In this document: positions 27,101 to 43,947 of the stretch, piece after piece
Numbering within the stretch: the first letter of the stretch is position 1
How the letters are laid out: the number at the start of each line of letters is the position of its first letter
Origin: an uncultured Acidobacteriota bacterium
Lineage (GTDB): Bacteria; Acidobacteriota; Thermoanaerobaculia; Multivoradales; UBA5704
Assembly (NCBI GenBank): GCA_963770895.1
Contig: CAVYRF010000002.1
Span: forward strand, 1,888,001-1,952,000
DNA length: 64,000 bases
Direction of reading: 5' to 3'
Program-made: the position numbers and the translations under genes
The notes under the pieces: generated by a model
Database searches by the model: none
What the model was told of the DNA's origin: nothing
The model's input: only the letters and a program-made list of their open reading frames with translations

Positions 27101-30100
27101 TCGAACGGCTGCCGGATCACGGCGATCGCCAGGCGCCGCGCTTCCGCCTCCCGGCGCGCCGCGGCGAGCCCCGCCAGGTCGACCAGCGGCAGCGGCGTGG
27201 CGTGGCCGGGCAGGACGACCTGCACCAGGCCGCCGGGACCGTCGGCAAAGCAGGTGCGCAGGATCTCGTGGCGGCGCACCACCTCTTCCAGGGCCTGTGC
27301 CAGGCTCCGCGCGTCCAGGCGGCCGTCCAGCTGGACGGCGACGGGGTTGTTGTAGGCGATCAGGCCCGGCGTGAGCTTGTCGACGAACCAGAAGCGCTGC
27401 TGGGCAAACGATGCCGGCGCCCAGCCCGCGGACCGCCGGCGCTCGATGCGCTGCGACGGGCCACCCGCCGTCGGCGCCGCCAGCTCCGCCGCCTGCTTGA
27501 GCTCCAGGACGACCCGGCCCAACTCCGCCACGGTCGGTGCGGCGAACAGCTTTTCCACCGGCAGCTCGACGCCATGGATCTCCCGCACCCGCGCGGCCAG
27601 CTGGGTGGCCAGCAGCGAGTGCCCGCCGAGCGCGAAGAAGTCGTCCTGCGCCCCCACCTGGGCGATCCCCAGCAGCTCCTGCCAGATGCCGACCAGCGTC
27701 TCTTCCACCGCGTTGCCAGGGGCGACGTAAGGATGCAGCAGGTTCGGCCGTCCGTAGGTGGTGGTGGTCGCCCGCGGGCTGTCCGCCGGTCCGGCGTCGG
27801 GTTGGCCTGCGTCCGGCTCCACCCAATAGCGGCGGCGCTCGAACGGATAGGTGGGCAGCCGCAGCCGGTGCCGCCGCTCGCCGCCGCGAAAGCCCTCCCA
27901 ATCCACCCGCGCGCCGGCCAGCCAGAGCTTGCCCAGGGTGGTGAGCAGGTGTCCGGCGTCGCCCTCCGGGCCGGCGCTCGACGGCAGCGACGCCAGCGCC
28001 AGCCGCTCGGCTCCGGCGGGCGCCAGCTGCAGGGCCAGGCTGGTCAACGCCGCGCCGGGGCCGACTTCGAGCACCACGCGGTCGGGTTCCTGCCAGAGCG
28101 TCGTCATCGCCTGCTGGAACTGGATGGGCTGGCGGAGGTGGCGGACCCAGTAGGCCGGTGCCGTCACCTCCTCGGCCGTGACCCAGCGGCCGGTGACCGT
28201 CGACATCCAGGGGATCTCCGGCGGCCGCAGCGACACCGCGCCCACCAGCTGCTCGAAGCGCTCGGCGAGCGGCGTCATCATCGGCGAATGGAAGGCGTGG
28301 CGGGCGCGCAGCCGCCGGCTGGGCACGCCCTCGGCATGCAGCTGTTGCGCGAGCTGCGAGACCGCCGCGGCCGGACCTGCGACGACGCTGATCTGCGGCC
28401 CGTTGCAGGCCGCCACCACCAGCTCGGCGCCCAGGCGGCCGCCCAGGTCCGCTTCGCCCAGCGGCACCGCCAGCATCGCGCCGGCCGGCAGCTCGTCGAT
28501 CATGCGGGCGCGCCGGGCGACCAGCAGCAGGGCGTCTTCGAGCGACAGGACGCCGGCCAGGCAGGCAGCCAGAAACTCGCCGACGCTGTAGCCGACCACG
28601 CCCTGCGGCCGCACCCCCCACTGCTGCCACAGGCCCGCCAGCGCGTAGCCGACGACGAACGCCGCGGGCTGGGCGAGCGCGGTGCGGTCCAGCTCGTCCT
28701 GGCCGTCCTGGCCGCCCGGGTCGCCGCCGGCCGCCTGGTCGCGCCCCGGGAACAGCCGCCGCGGGCCTGCCGCCGGCGGGGCCGCCGGCGCCGGGGCGGC
28801 CGGGTAGAGCACGGTGCGCAGGTCCACGCCGAGCTCCGGGGCGAGCAGCTGGGCGCAGCGGTCGACCCGCTCGCGGAAGGCCGGTTCCCCTTCGTAGAGG
28901 GCACGCCCCATCTGCGCGTGCTGCTCGCCCAGGCCGGAGAACAGGAAGACGACCGGGCGGTCGACGGCCTCCTGCCAGGTGGTCACCAGGTGCGCCGGGT
29001 CGCGCTCGGCGAGCGCCCGCCGCGCCTCTTCGACCCCCTGGCACAGCAGCATCCGGCGATGCTCGAAGCGCTGGCGCCCCCGTTGCAGCGTCGAGGCCAG
29101 GTCGGCCAGCGACAGCTGCGGGTGGGCGGCCAGGTGGGCCGCCAGGCGGTCGGTTGCGGCTTCCAGGGCGCCGGCGGTGCGGGCCGACAGCACCAGCAGC
29201 TGGCGGTCCCGCGCCGGCGGGTCCGCCGCGCCGGCCGCCGGCGCCTCTTCGAGCACCACGTGCGCGTTGGTGCCGCCCATGCCGAACGAGCTGACCCCGG
29301 CCCGGCGGGGCCCTCCCTGCGCCGGCCACGCGACCGTCTCGGTGTTGACGTAGAAGGGCGAGCCGGCGAAATCGATCTTCGGGTTGGGACGCTGAAAATG
29401 CAGGCTGGGCACCAGCGTCCGGTGCTCCAGCGCCAGCACCGTCTTGATCAGGCCCGCGACTCCCGCCGCCGCGTCGAGATGGCCGATGTTGGTCTTGACC
29501 GAGCCCACCGCGCAGCGGCCGCGGCCGGCGTCGCCTTCGCCAAAGGCCAGGGTCATGGCGGCGATCTCGATCGGGTCGCCGAGCGCCGTGCCGCTGCCGT
29601 GCGCCTCGAGGTAGCTGATGGCCTCCGGCTCCAGCCCGGCGACGGCGAGCGCCTCGGCGATGACTTCGGCCTGCCCCTCCAGGCTGGGCGCGGTGAAGCC
29701 CACCTTCTGCGCGCCGTCGTTGTTGACCGCCGAGCCGCGAATCACGGCGCGCACCGCGTCGCCCGCCGCGAGGGCGTCTTCGAGCCGGCGCAGGACCACC
29801 ACCCCGGCGCCGCTGCCGCCCACCGCGCCGCTGGACGCCGCGTCGAAAGCGCGGCAGTGGCCGTCGGCGGAGGCGATCCCTCCCGGCTGGTAGACGTACC
29901 CCATCGCCTGCGGCACCGCGACCGCCACGCCGCCGGCCAGCGCCAGGTCGCACTCGCCGTTGAGCAGGCTCTGGCAGGCCACGTGCACCGCCACCAGGGA
30001 CGTCGAACACGCGGTCTGCAGGGTCATGCTCGGGCCCCGCAGGTTCAACTTGTAGGAGACGCGGCTGGCCAGAAAGTCTTTTTCCTGGCCGACCAGGGTC

Positions 30101-30558
30101 TGCAAGGCGCCGGTGCCCGCCAGCAGGTCGCGGCGGGAAAAGAGGTGGAACAGAAAATAGCTGTTGGTACTGGCGCCGGCAAAGACCCCGATGCGTCCGG
30201 CGAAGGTTGCGGGATCGCTGGCGGCGTCTTCCAGCGCCTCCCAGGCGCACTCCAGGAAGAGGCGCTGCTGCGGATCGAGCAGCGCCGCGTCGCGGGCGCT
30301 GAAGCCGAAGAAGGCGGCGTCGAAGCGGTCCACGTCGGCCAGCGCCCCCCGCGCTTTGACATAGTCCGGCCGGGCGAGCACAGAGGCGTCGACGCCGGAC
30401 GCCGCCAGCGCTTCGTCGCTGAAAAAGGTGATCGCGTCCAGCCCTTCGCGCAGGTTGCGCCAGAAGTGCTCCAACGTCGGCGCCTGCGGGAAGCGCCCGC
30501 TCATGCCGGTGACGGCAATGGCATTGGCGAGCTCGGCGGGGAGGGTCTGGTCGGTCAT
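24172..30558 (-). CDS. Hybrid PKS-NRPS KS-AT-ACP-C-A-T
   Basis: Likely start MTDQTLP at 30558 overlapping the upstream stop; KS TACSTS, EAHGSGT, KTNIGH; AT GYSVGE and HAFHS; carrier GGHSLL twice; C HHIAADEWS; A FTSGSTGQPK; no KR or DH. Confidence 0.92.
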   Translation of the reverse strand: MTDQTLPAELANAIAVTGMSGRFPQAPTLEHFWRNLREGLDAITFFSDEALAASGVDASVLARPDYVKARGALADVDRFDAAFFGFSARDAALLDPQQRLFLECAWEALEDAASDPATFAGRIGVFAGASTNSYFLFHLFSRRDLLAGTGALQTLVGQEKDFLASRVSYKLNLRGPSMTLQTACSTSLVAVHVACQSLLNGECDLALAGGVAVAVPQAMGYVYQPGGIASADGHCRAFDAASSGAVGGSGAGVVVLRRLEDALAAGDAVRAVIRGSAVNNDGAQKVGFTAPSLEGQAEVIAEALAVAGLEPEAISYLEAHGSGTALGDPIEIAAMTLAFGEGDAGRGRCAVGSVKTNIGHLDAAAGVAGLIKTVLALEHRTLVPSLHFQRPNPKIDFAGSPFYVNTETVAWPAQGGPRRAGVSSFGMGGTNAHVVLEEAPAAGAADPPARDRQLLVLSARTAGALEAATDRLAAHLAAHPQLSLADLASTLQRGRQRFEHRRMLLCQGVEEARRALAERDPAHLVTTWQEAVDRPVVFLFSGLGEQHAQMGRALYEGEPAFRERVDRCAQLLAPELGVDLRTVLYPAAPAPAAPPAAGPRRLFPGRDQAAGGDPGGQDGQDELDRTALAQPAAFVVGYALAGLWQQWGVRPQGVVGYSVGEFLAACLAGVLSLEDALLLVARRARMIDELPAGAMLAVPLGEADLGGRLGAELVVAACNGPQISVVAGPAAAVSQLAQQLHAEGVPSRRLRARHAFHSPMMTPLAERFEQLVGAVSLRPPEIPWMSTVTGRWVTAEEVTAPAYWVRHLRQPIQFQQAMTTLWQEPDRVVLEVGPGAALTSLALQLAPAGAERLALASLPSSAGPEGDAGHLLTTLGKLWLAGARVDWEGFRGGERRHRLRLPTYPFERRRYWVEPDAGQPDAGPADSPRATTTTYGRPNLLHPYVAPGNAVEETLVGIWQELLGIAQVGAQDDFFALGGHSLLATQLAARVREIHGVELPVEKLFAAPTVAELGRVVLELKQAAELAAPTAGGPSQRIERRRSAGWAPASFAQQRFWFVDKLTPGLIAYNNPVAVQLDGRLDARSLAQALEEVVRRHEILRTCFADGPGGLVQVVLPGHATPLPLVDLAGLAAARREAEARRLAIAVIRQPFDLARGPLLHTALFQLERRRHLFVAVLHHIAADEWSLRIFLREVADLYAAFAAGAASPLPPLPIQFGDFAQWQRETLTGETLAGHLAYWRERLRDAPPVLTLPTDRPRPPQQSFRGAQLPFALAADASAALGALCRAEGLTLFMALLANLQTVLHRYSGQPDLVVSTGIGSRSRAETEPLIGCFINMLLLRADFAANPTVRQLLRDTRRSVLDAYAHQDLPFEALVEHLRPERDASYSALAQVMLVLLNVPAQTVDTGELRFSGVAVERGTTQFDLTLYLTEDAGGLSGYAEYSTDLFDRATVARLLGHFALLLARCGADLDRPVAALPMLGPAERQQAVLEWNQTAAPLPGDDCLHHLFAAQAARQPEAPAVVFTGSTLAYGELARRADRLARHLAGLGVRRGELVGVALDRSPRVAVALLGILKAGAAYLPLDPAYPEQRLAGMLAQTATRVLVTEESLAARFAGLGPHAVVLGAAADPTGEMPAAAGTAGDAGDVGGGVGPADLIYAIFTSGSTGQPKAVLLDHRGRVNNFTDFNRRFAVGPGDRLLALSSLSFDMSAYDLLGVLAAGATVVLPGPEEAREPAAWAELIARHRVTLWHSVPAMLEMLLDHLAVHPGQSLAPLRLVLLGGDWIPVTMPDRVRRHGTGIEVISLGGATEVSMDSVIYRVGDVAPGWRSIPYGRPMANQTAYVLDPELEPVPVGVVGELHLGGAGVGWGYLRQAGLTAARFVPDALAGTPGDRLYKTGDLARTFADGTVELLGRLDNQIKIRGLRVEVGEIEATLRRLPGVREAVVTARPDGRGERRLVAYVVPAADATFAAAELKDSLRQSLPGYMVPAAVMVIAALPLTPNGKLDRAALPAPAERAGTEEAFVAPQGPLENLLAGIWLDVLGVEQVGAHDDFFDLGGHSLLATRVVTRLAEVLPLEVPLRTLFEAPTLTQQAARLAVLAGPARGEIERIAQILLEVDEAADDGTE

Positions 30559-32042
30559 CCGGGGGCGCTCTCCTTGGCAGACGGGTGCGGCGAAAGGTCG
30601 CTGTCGCGCCGCCGCCGGGTGAGCGTGCGGCGCATCGCGGCACGTTCGCGGCCGGCGGCGAGCGGCGCCGCGCCGCCCTGGGCTCGCGGCCGGCCGCCGG
30701 CGATCAGGTCGGCCACCAGGCATTCCGGGTCGCCGGCGACCTGGGCGAGCAGCGCCACGTGGCGGCTGGACAGTGCGGCGACCGTTTCAGCGGCGAAGAG
30801 AGCGGCGTCGTACTGCCAGCCGAACGACAGCGAGTCGCCGGTCGCGGCGGCGATCAGGCTGAGATCGAGCATCGCAGCCTGCTGGCGCAGGCGGTACGCT
30901 TCGAGCTGCAGGCCGCCGACCTCGATCCCGACGCCCGCGACGCCTTGCAGCAGGCGCGAGACTCTCTGCTGGCCGCCCTCGTAGAGGACGCACAGCACCT
31001 GGAAGAGCGGCGATTGGCCGGCGTTGCGCGGCGGTTGCAGCCGCTCCACCAGCAGCGGGAAGGGGTAGTCCTGGTGCGCCAGCGCCTCCTCCAGCGCCCC
31101 GCTCACCCGCGCCAGCAGCTGCCGGAAGGAAGCGTCCGGCGCGACCTCCGCGCGCACCACGACCGGATTGACGAAGTAGCCCACCACCTGGTCCAGCTCC
31201 GGCAGCCCCCGCCCCGGCGCCGGCCATCCCACCGAAATGTCCTGCTGGCCGGTCATCTCGTGCAGGAGGACGAACAGGGCGGCCAGCAGCAGCGCTCCCA
31301 TGTGCGTCCCTTCGCCCTGTGCCAGGGCGGCGAGCGCGGCGTGCACGGCCGGGTCCAGCTGGCCGCCGTGGGTGGCGCCGCGGAAACTCTGCACCAGGGG
31401 CCGCGGGTAGTCGGTGGGCAGCGCCAGGGGCGGTGCACCGTGCAACCGCTGGCTCCAGTGCCGCCACAGCCGCTCTCCCTCCGGTCCGTCGAGCAGCTCC
31501 GCCTGCCAGCGCACGAACTGGTCGTAGCCCGCGGTGGCCTCCGGCAGCCGGGCGGCGCCGCCGTCGCGCTCGGCGGCGTAGAGCTCGCCCAGCTCGCCCA
31601 CCAGCTGCGCCATGGAAGCGAAGTCCACCGTGATGTGATGCAGCACCAGCAGCATGAGGTGGTCGGCGGCGCCCAGGCTGAGCAGGTGCAGGCGCACCAG
31701 CGGCCCGCGCTCCAGGTCGAAAGGCCGGTGGGCGCGGGCCGCCATCCATTCGTCGACCTGGTCGCCGTCCCAGCCGGAGGCTTCGACCACTTCGATGTCC
31801 GGCGCGGCGGCCGGCTGCACCGCCCGTACCGGCGCTCCGCTCGACGCGGGGAAGAGGGTGCGCAGCGCCGCGTGGCGCGCCACCAGCGCCGTGCAGGCGC
31901 GCACCATCGCGTCGGCGGCGAGCGGCGAGCGCAGGCGCGCCGGCACGATCACGTTATAGGCGGCGCTGCGCGGCGCCAGACGCTGCAGGAACCACAGCGC
32001 CCGCTGGCCGTACGACAGCGCCGGCCGCGCCTCGCCGCTCAT
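30555..32042 (-). CDS. Stand-alone condensation-domain protein
   Basis: ATG at 32042 overlaps the stop of the upstream NRPS; LSYGQRALWFL, RPFDLERGP, HHITVDFAS, GYFVNPV, HQDYPF; the longer 34244 start in the track is a shadow extension. Confidence 0.88.
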   Translation of the reverse strand: MSGEARPALSYGQRALWFLQRLAPRSAAYNVIVPARLRSPLAADAMVRACTALVARHAALRTLFPASSGAPVRAVQPAAAPDIEVVEASGWDGDQVDEWMAARAHRPFDLERGPLVRLHLLSLGAADHLMLLVLHHITVDFASMAQLVGELGELYAAERDGGAARLPEATAGYDQFVRWQAELLDGPEGERLWRHWSQRLHGAPPLALPTDYPRPLVQSFRGATHGGQLDPAVHAALAALAQGEGTHMGALLLAALFVLLHEMTGQQDISVGWPAPGRGLPELDQVVGYFVNPVVVRAEVAPDASFRQLLARVSGALEEALAHQDYPFPLLVERLQPPRNAGQSPLFQVLCVLYEGGQQRVSRLLQGVAGVGIEVGGLQLEAYRLRQQAAMLDLSLIAAATGDSLSFGWQYDAALFAAETVAALSSRHVALLAQVAGDPECLVADLIAGGRPRAQGGAAPLAAGRERAAMRRTLTRRRRDSDLSPHPSAKESAPG

Positions 32043-35000
32043 GGTGTGTCCCGTCCCGGATCGGCGCCGGCTGCCGCGCCGGCGCGGCGGCGGTGGGTGC
32101 GGCTCTGGCGCACCTGCGCCCGCTCCCCCGCCCTCTTCACCACCGGCTCGCCGCCCCCGCCCTGGTCTTGCCGCAGAAATCCGGCCAGGCCTGCGATGGT
32201 CGGATAGCGGAACAGCGTCAGCAGGGGAATCCGCTGCCGCAGCGTCTCTTCCAGCCGGGCGTGCAGCTTGACCAGCAGGATGGAGTGGCCGCCGAGCTCG
32301 AAGAAGCTGTCGTGGATGCCGACCCTGGGCAGTTGCAGCAGCTCCGACCAGAGCGCCGCCAGGGACTGCTCCAGCTCGCTGCGCGGCGGCTCGAACGCGG
32401 TGGCCAGCTGCGGCCGCTGGCTCTCCCAGGGGGGCAGGGCCCCGCGGTCGACCTTGCCGCCTAAGGTCTGCGGCAGCACCGGCAGCAGGGCGTAGTCCGC
32501 CGGCACCATCGGCTCCGGCAGCAGGGTGCTCAGGTGGGCGCGCAGCTCCCAGGCCGGCAGCGGCCCGTCTGTCGCCGCCACGTAGGCGATCAGCCGGTGC
32601 TCCGAGGGAGTCGCCTTCCAGAGCAGGACCGCCGCCTGCCGCACCCGCGGATGGCGCAGCAGCGCCGCCTCGATCTCGCCCAGCTCCACCCGGTGTCCAC
32701 GCACCTTGATCTGGCGGTCGATGCGGCCCAGGTACTCCAGCTCGCCGTTCGGCAGGTGGCGGCCGAGGTCGCCGCTGCGATAGAGCCGCGATCCCGCCTT
32801 GTCGCTGTAGGGATGGGGCACGAAGCGCGCGGCGGTCGTGCCGGGCACGCCGCGGTAGCCGCGCGCCACGCCGGGGCCCGCCACGCACAGCTCGCCGGGC
32901 ACGCCGATGGGCACCGGCTGCTGGTGGCGGTCCAGCACGTGGATCTCGAGATCCTGCAGCGGGCGGCCGATCCAGCTGCCGAGCGGCGGCGTCAGGTCGG
33001 CGAGCCGCATGCGCCGCAGGGTGGAGTGCACCGTCGTCTCGGTGATGCCGTACATGTTGTAGAGCCACGGCTCGCCGGCCGCTTCGCCGCCGCAGCTGTC
33101 GAACCACCAGCCCAGGCCGCCCACGTCCACCGCTTCGCCGGCCAGGATGATCAGGCGCAGGGAACCGCGCTGCAAGGGCGCCAGCGCCAGCTGGCCGAAG
33201 GCCGACGGCGTCTGGTTGAGCACCGTCACCCGTTCGCTCACCAGCAGCTCGGCCAGGGCGCCCGGCGACTGGCGGATCGACTGCGGCACCACCACCAGCC
33301 GGCCGCCGAACGCCAGGGCGCCCCAGAGCTCCCAGACCGCAAGATCGAAGGCGTAGGAATGGAACAGGGTCCACACGTCGGCGGCGCCCATGGCCAGCTC
33401 GCCGGCGTCCGCGGTGAGCAGCCGCGCCACGTTGCCGCGCGTCACCTCGACCCCCTTGGGGCGGCCGGTAGAGCCCGAGGTATGGATCAGGTAGGCCGCG
33501 GACTCGGCCTCGAAGCTTGCCGCGGGCGGGGGGGCGTGCCCGCTCACGCCGCTCGCGGGCGGCGGCATGTCGCCGTCGACCACCAGCAGCGCGCAGCGTT
33601 GCAACGGCAGCTGCGCCGCCAGCGCCGGCTGGGCGATCAGCACGCGTGCACCGCACTCCCCCAGCAGCGAGGCCAGGCGCGCCGGCGGGTTGGCAGGGTC
33701 GAGCGGCACGTAGGTGCCGCCGGCATCGAGCACCGCCAGGATGGACCAGACCAGCTCCGCCGAGCGCTCCAGGCAGAGAGCGACGCGCACCTCCGGACCG
33801 ACGCCGAGCCGGCGCAGGCGGGCCGCCAGCTCGAAGGCGCGGGCGCCCAGCTGGGCGTAGGTCAGCCGCTCGACCTGCCCCCGCCGCCAATAGGTCACCG
33901 CCTCCGCGTCCGGCCGCAGGGCGACCTGGTCGCGGAAGAGCAGCGATACGTCGATCGCCGGCGGCGCCGGCCGGTCCGGCCGCAGGGTGACGTCGGCCCA
34001 CTCCCGCAGCAGCTGGTGGCGCTGCACAGGGTCGAGCAGCACGGCGTCGGCAAGGCGGCGCTCGGGCGCCGCGACAAGATCGTCGAGCAGCACCGCGTAC
34101 TGCGCCGCCATCCGGCCGCAGGTCGCGGCGGTGAAGAGGTCGGAGTTGTACTCCAGCCAGCCGGCGACCGCGTGCCCGCTGTCGGACAGCTCGAGCGCCA
34201 GGTCGAACTGCGCGGTGCCGGGCGCGACCTCCACGGGGTGCCACGCGAGGCCGGCCGCCTCGGCTCCGGAGAAGGGGTCGCTCTCCAAGCTGAACAGCAC
34301 CTGAAACACCGGTGTGCGGCTGGGGTCGCGCTCGTGCTGCAGCTCGTGGACCAGCTTGGCGAACGGCAGATCCTGGTGGTCAAAGGCGGCGAGCGATGCC
34401 TGCCGCACCCGCCCCAGCAGCTGCCGCAGCGTGGGATCCCCGGCGCACTCGATGCGCACCGCCAGGGTATCGGCAAAAGGGCCGATGAGGTCCCTGGTCT
34501 CCGCCCGGCCGCGGTTGGCGACGCCGGCGCCGACCACCAGGATGTCGCCGGCGCCGACGCCGACGCGTGCGAGCAGGGCGCTCCACGCGGTCAGCAGCGT
34601 CATGAACAGGGTGGCGCCTTCCTGCCGTCCGAGCTGGTGCAGCGCCTCGACCGCCGGTCGCGCCAGCGCCAGCCGGCGGCGCTCGCCGCGCTGCGTCTGC
34701 ACTTCGGGCCGGCGGCAGGTGGGCAGCTCGAGGGTCACGGCCTGGGCGTGCAGCTCGCGCCAGTAGGCGAGCTGGCGCTCGAGCCGCTCGCCCGCCAGCC
34801 AGGCGCGTTGCCAGGCGGCGAAGTCGCCGTACTGCAGGGCAAGCTCGCGCAGCGGTGACGCGCCGCCGCCGGCGAACGCCTGGTAGAGCGCCGCCAGCTC
34901 GCGAAAGAAAATCCCCAGCGAGCGGCCGTCGAAGGCGATGGCGTGAACGTGCAGCAGCAGGACGTGATCGGCGGCGCCAGCGCGGAGCAGCGCGACGCGC

Positions 35001-35407
35001 AGCAGCGGGCCGCGTTCCAGGTCGAAAGGCCGCGCGGCCAGCTGCCGCGAGATGCGCTGGACCTGCGCCTGGCGCGCGCCGGACGGCAGGTCTCCAAGAT
35101 CGACTGCCGCGAGCGGCGGCGCCTGCACGGGATCGATGTGCTGCACCGGCTCCCCCGCCTGGCTGCGGAAGCGCGCCCGCAGCACCTGGTGGCGCGACAC
35201 GATCTCGCGCAGACCGCGATGCAGCGCCGCCACCTGCAGCCGGCCCGCCAGGCGGACGCCGCCGGCGATGCCATAGGCCGTGGCCAGCGGGTTGAGCTGG
35301 TGGAGGAGCCAGAGGCGCTGCTGGGCAAAGGAGAGCGGCCAGGAGCTGCCGGGGCGGCGTGGGATCGGCGCGTTGCCGGGGCCGTCCGCAGTACTTGTGA
35401 TGACCAC
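32039..35407 (-). CDS. NRPS C*(His-less)-A(Thr-like)-T
   Basis: C motif reads HAIAFDG; A motifs HTSGSTGRPKG, FDLAVWELWG, NMYGITETTVH; T GGHSILL. Confidence 0.9.
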   Translation of the reverse strand: MVITSTADGPGNAPIPRRPGSSWPLSFAQQRLWLLHQLNPLATAYGIAGGVRLAGRLQVAALHRGLREIVSRHQVLRARFRSQAGEPVQHIDPVQAPPLAAVDLGDLPSGARQAQVQRISRQLAARPFDLERGPLLRVALLRAGAADHVLLLHVHAIAFDGRSLGIFFRELAALYQAFAGGGASPLRELALQYGDFAAWQRAWLAGERLERQLAYWRELHAQAVTLELPTCRRPEVQTQRGERRRLALARPAVEALHQLGRQEGATLFMTLLTAWSALLARVGVGAGDILVVGAGVANRGRAETRDLIGPFADTLAVRIECAGDPTLRQLLGRVRQASLAAFDHQDLPFAKLVHELQHERDPSRTPVFQVLFSLESDPFSGAEAAGLAWHPVEVAPGTAQFDLALELSDSGHAVAGWLEYNSDLFTAATCGRMAAQYAVLLDDLVAAPERRLADAVLLDPVQRHQLLREWADVTLRPDRPAPPAIDVSLLFRDQVALRPDAEAVTYWRRGQVERLTYAQLGARAFELAARLRRLGVGPEVRVALCLERSAELVWSILAVLDAGGTYVPLDPANPPARLASLLGECGARVLIAQPALAAQLPLQRCALLVVDGDMPPPASGVSGHAPPPAASFEAESAAYLIHTSGSTGRPKGVEVTRGNVARLLTADAGELAMGAADVWTLFHSYAFDLAVWELWGALAFGGRLVVVPQSIRQSPGALAELLVSERVTVLNQTPSAFGQLALAPLQRGSLRLIILAGEAVDVGGLGWWFDSCGGEAAGEPWLYNMYGITETTVHSTLRRMRLADLTPPLGSWIGRPLQDLEIHVLDRHQQPVPIGVPGELCVAGPGVARGYRGVPGTTAARFVPHPYSDKAGSRLYRSGDLGRHLPNGELEYLGRIDRQIKVRGHRVELGEIEAALLRHPRVRQAAVLLWKATPSEHRLIAYVAATDGPLPAWELRAHLSTLLPEPMVPADYALLPVLPQTLGGKVDRGALPPWESQRPQLATAFEPPRSELEQSLAALWSELLQLPRVGIHDSFFELGGHSILLVKLHARLEETLRQRIPLLTLFRYPTIAGLAGFLRQDQGGGGEPVVKRAGERAQVRQSRTHRRRAGAAAGADPGRDTP

Positions 35408-35438
35408 TAGGTTACCAGCTTACATGCACAAAAAAACA

Positions 35439-43652
<8,214 letters not shown>

Positions 43653-43947
43653 GTTTCTATGACTAGCGTAACCCGTAAGGCCACCCGGCGCTGCCGGGTG
43701 GCAAGAACCGATTCGGCGATGCAGCAGAAGGTGCGGCAGCGCAACCCCACCATGTTTGGTGTACCTGCCGGTTGCGTCGTGACAAGAGCTCCGATTCGAA
43801 TTGCCCCCGGGGGGACGATGGCGACGGAGCGTAACCTTGTCGGCGCCGCTCGCGTAGTAGGACACGCAGCGCCCGCCGGCGGGCGGCCCGCACGACGCGG
43901 CGGGCGCTCGTCGCAATGGCGGCGACTTTGGCGGAGGGATCGAGCGG

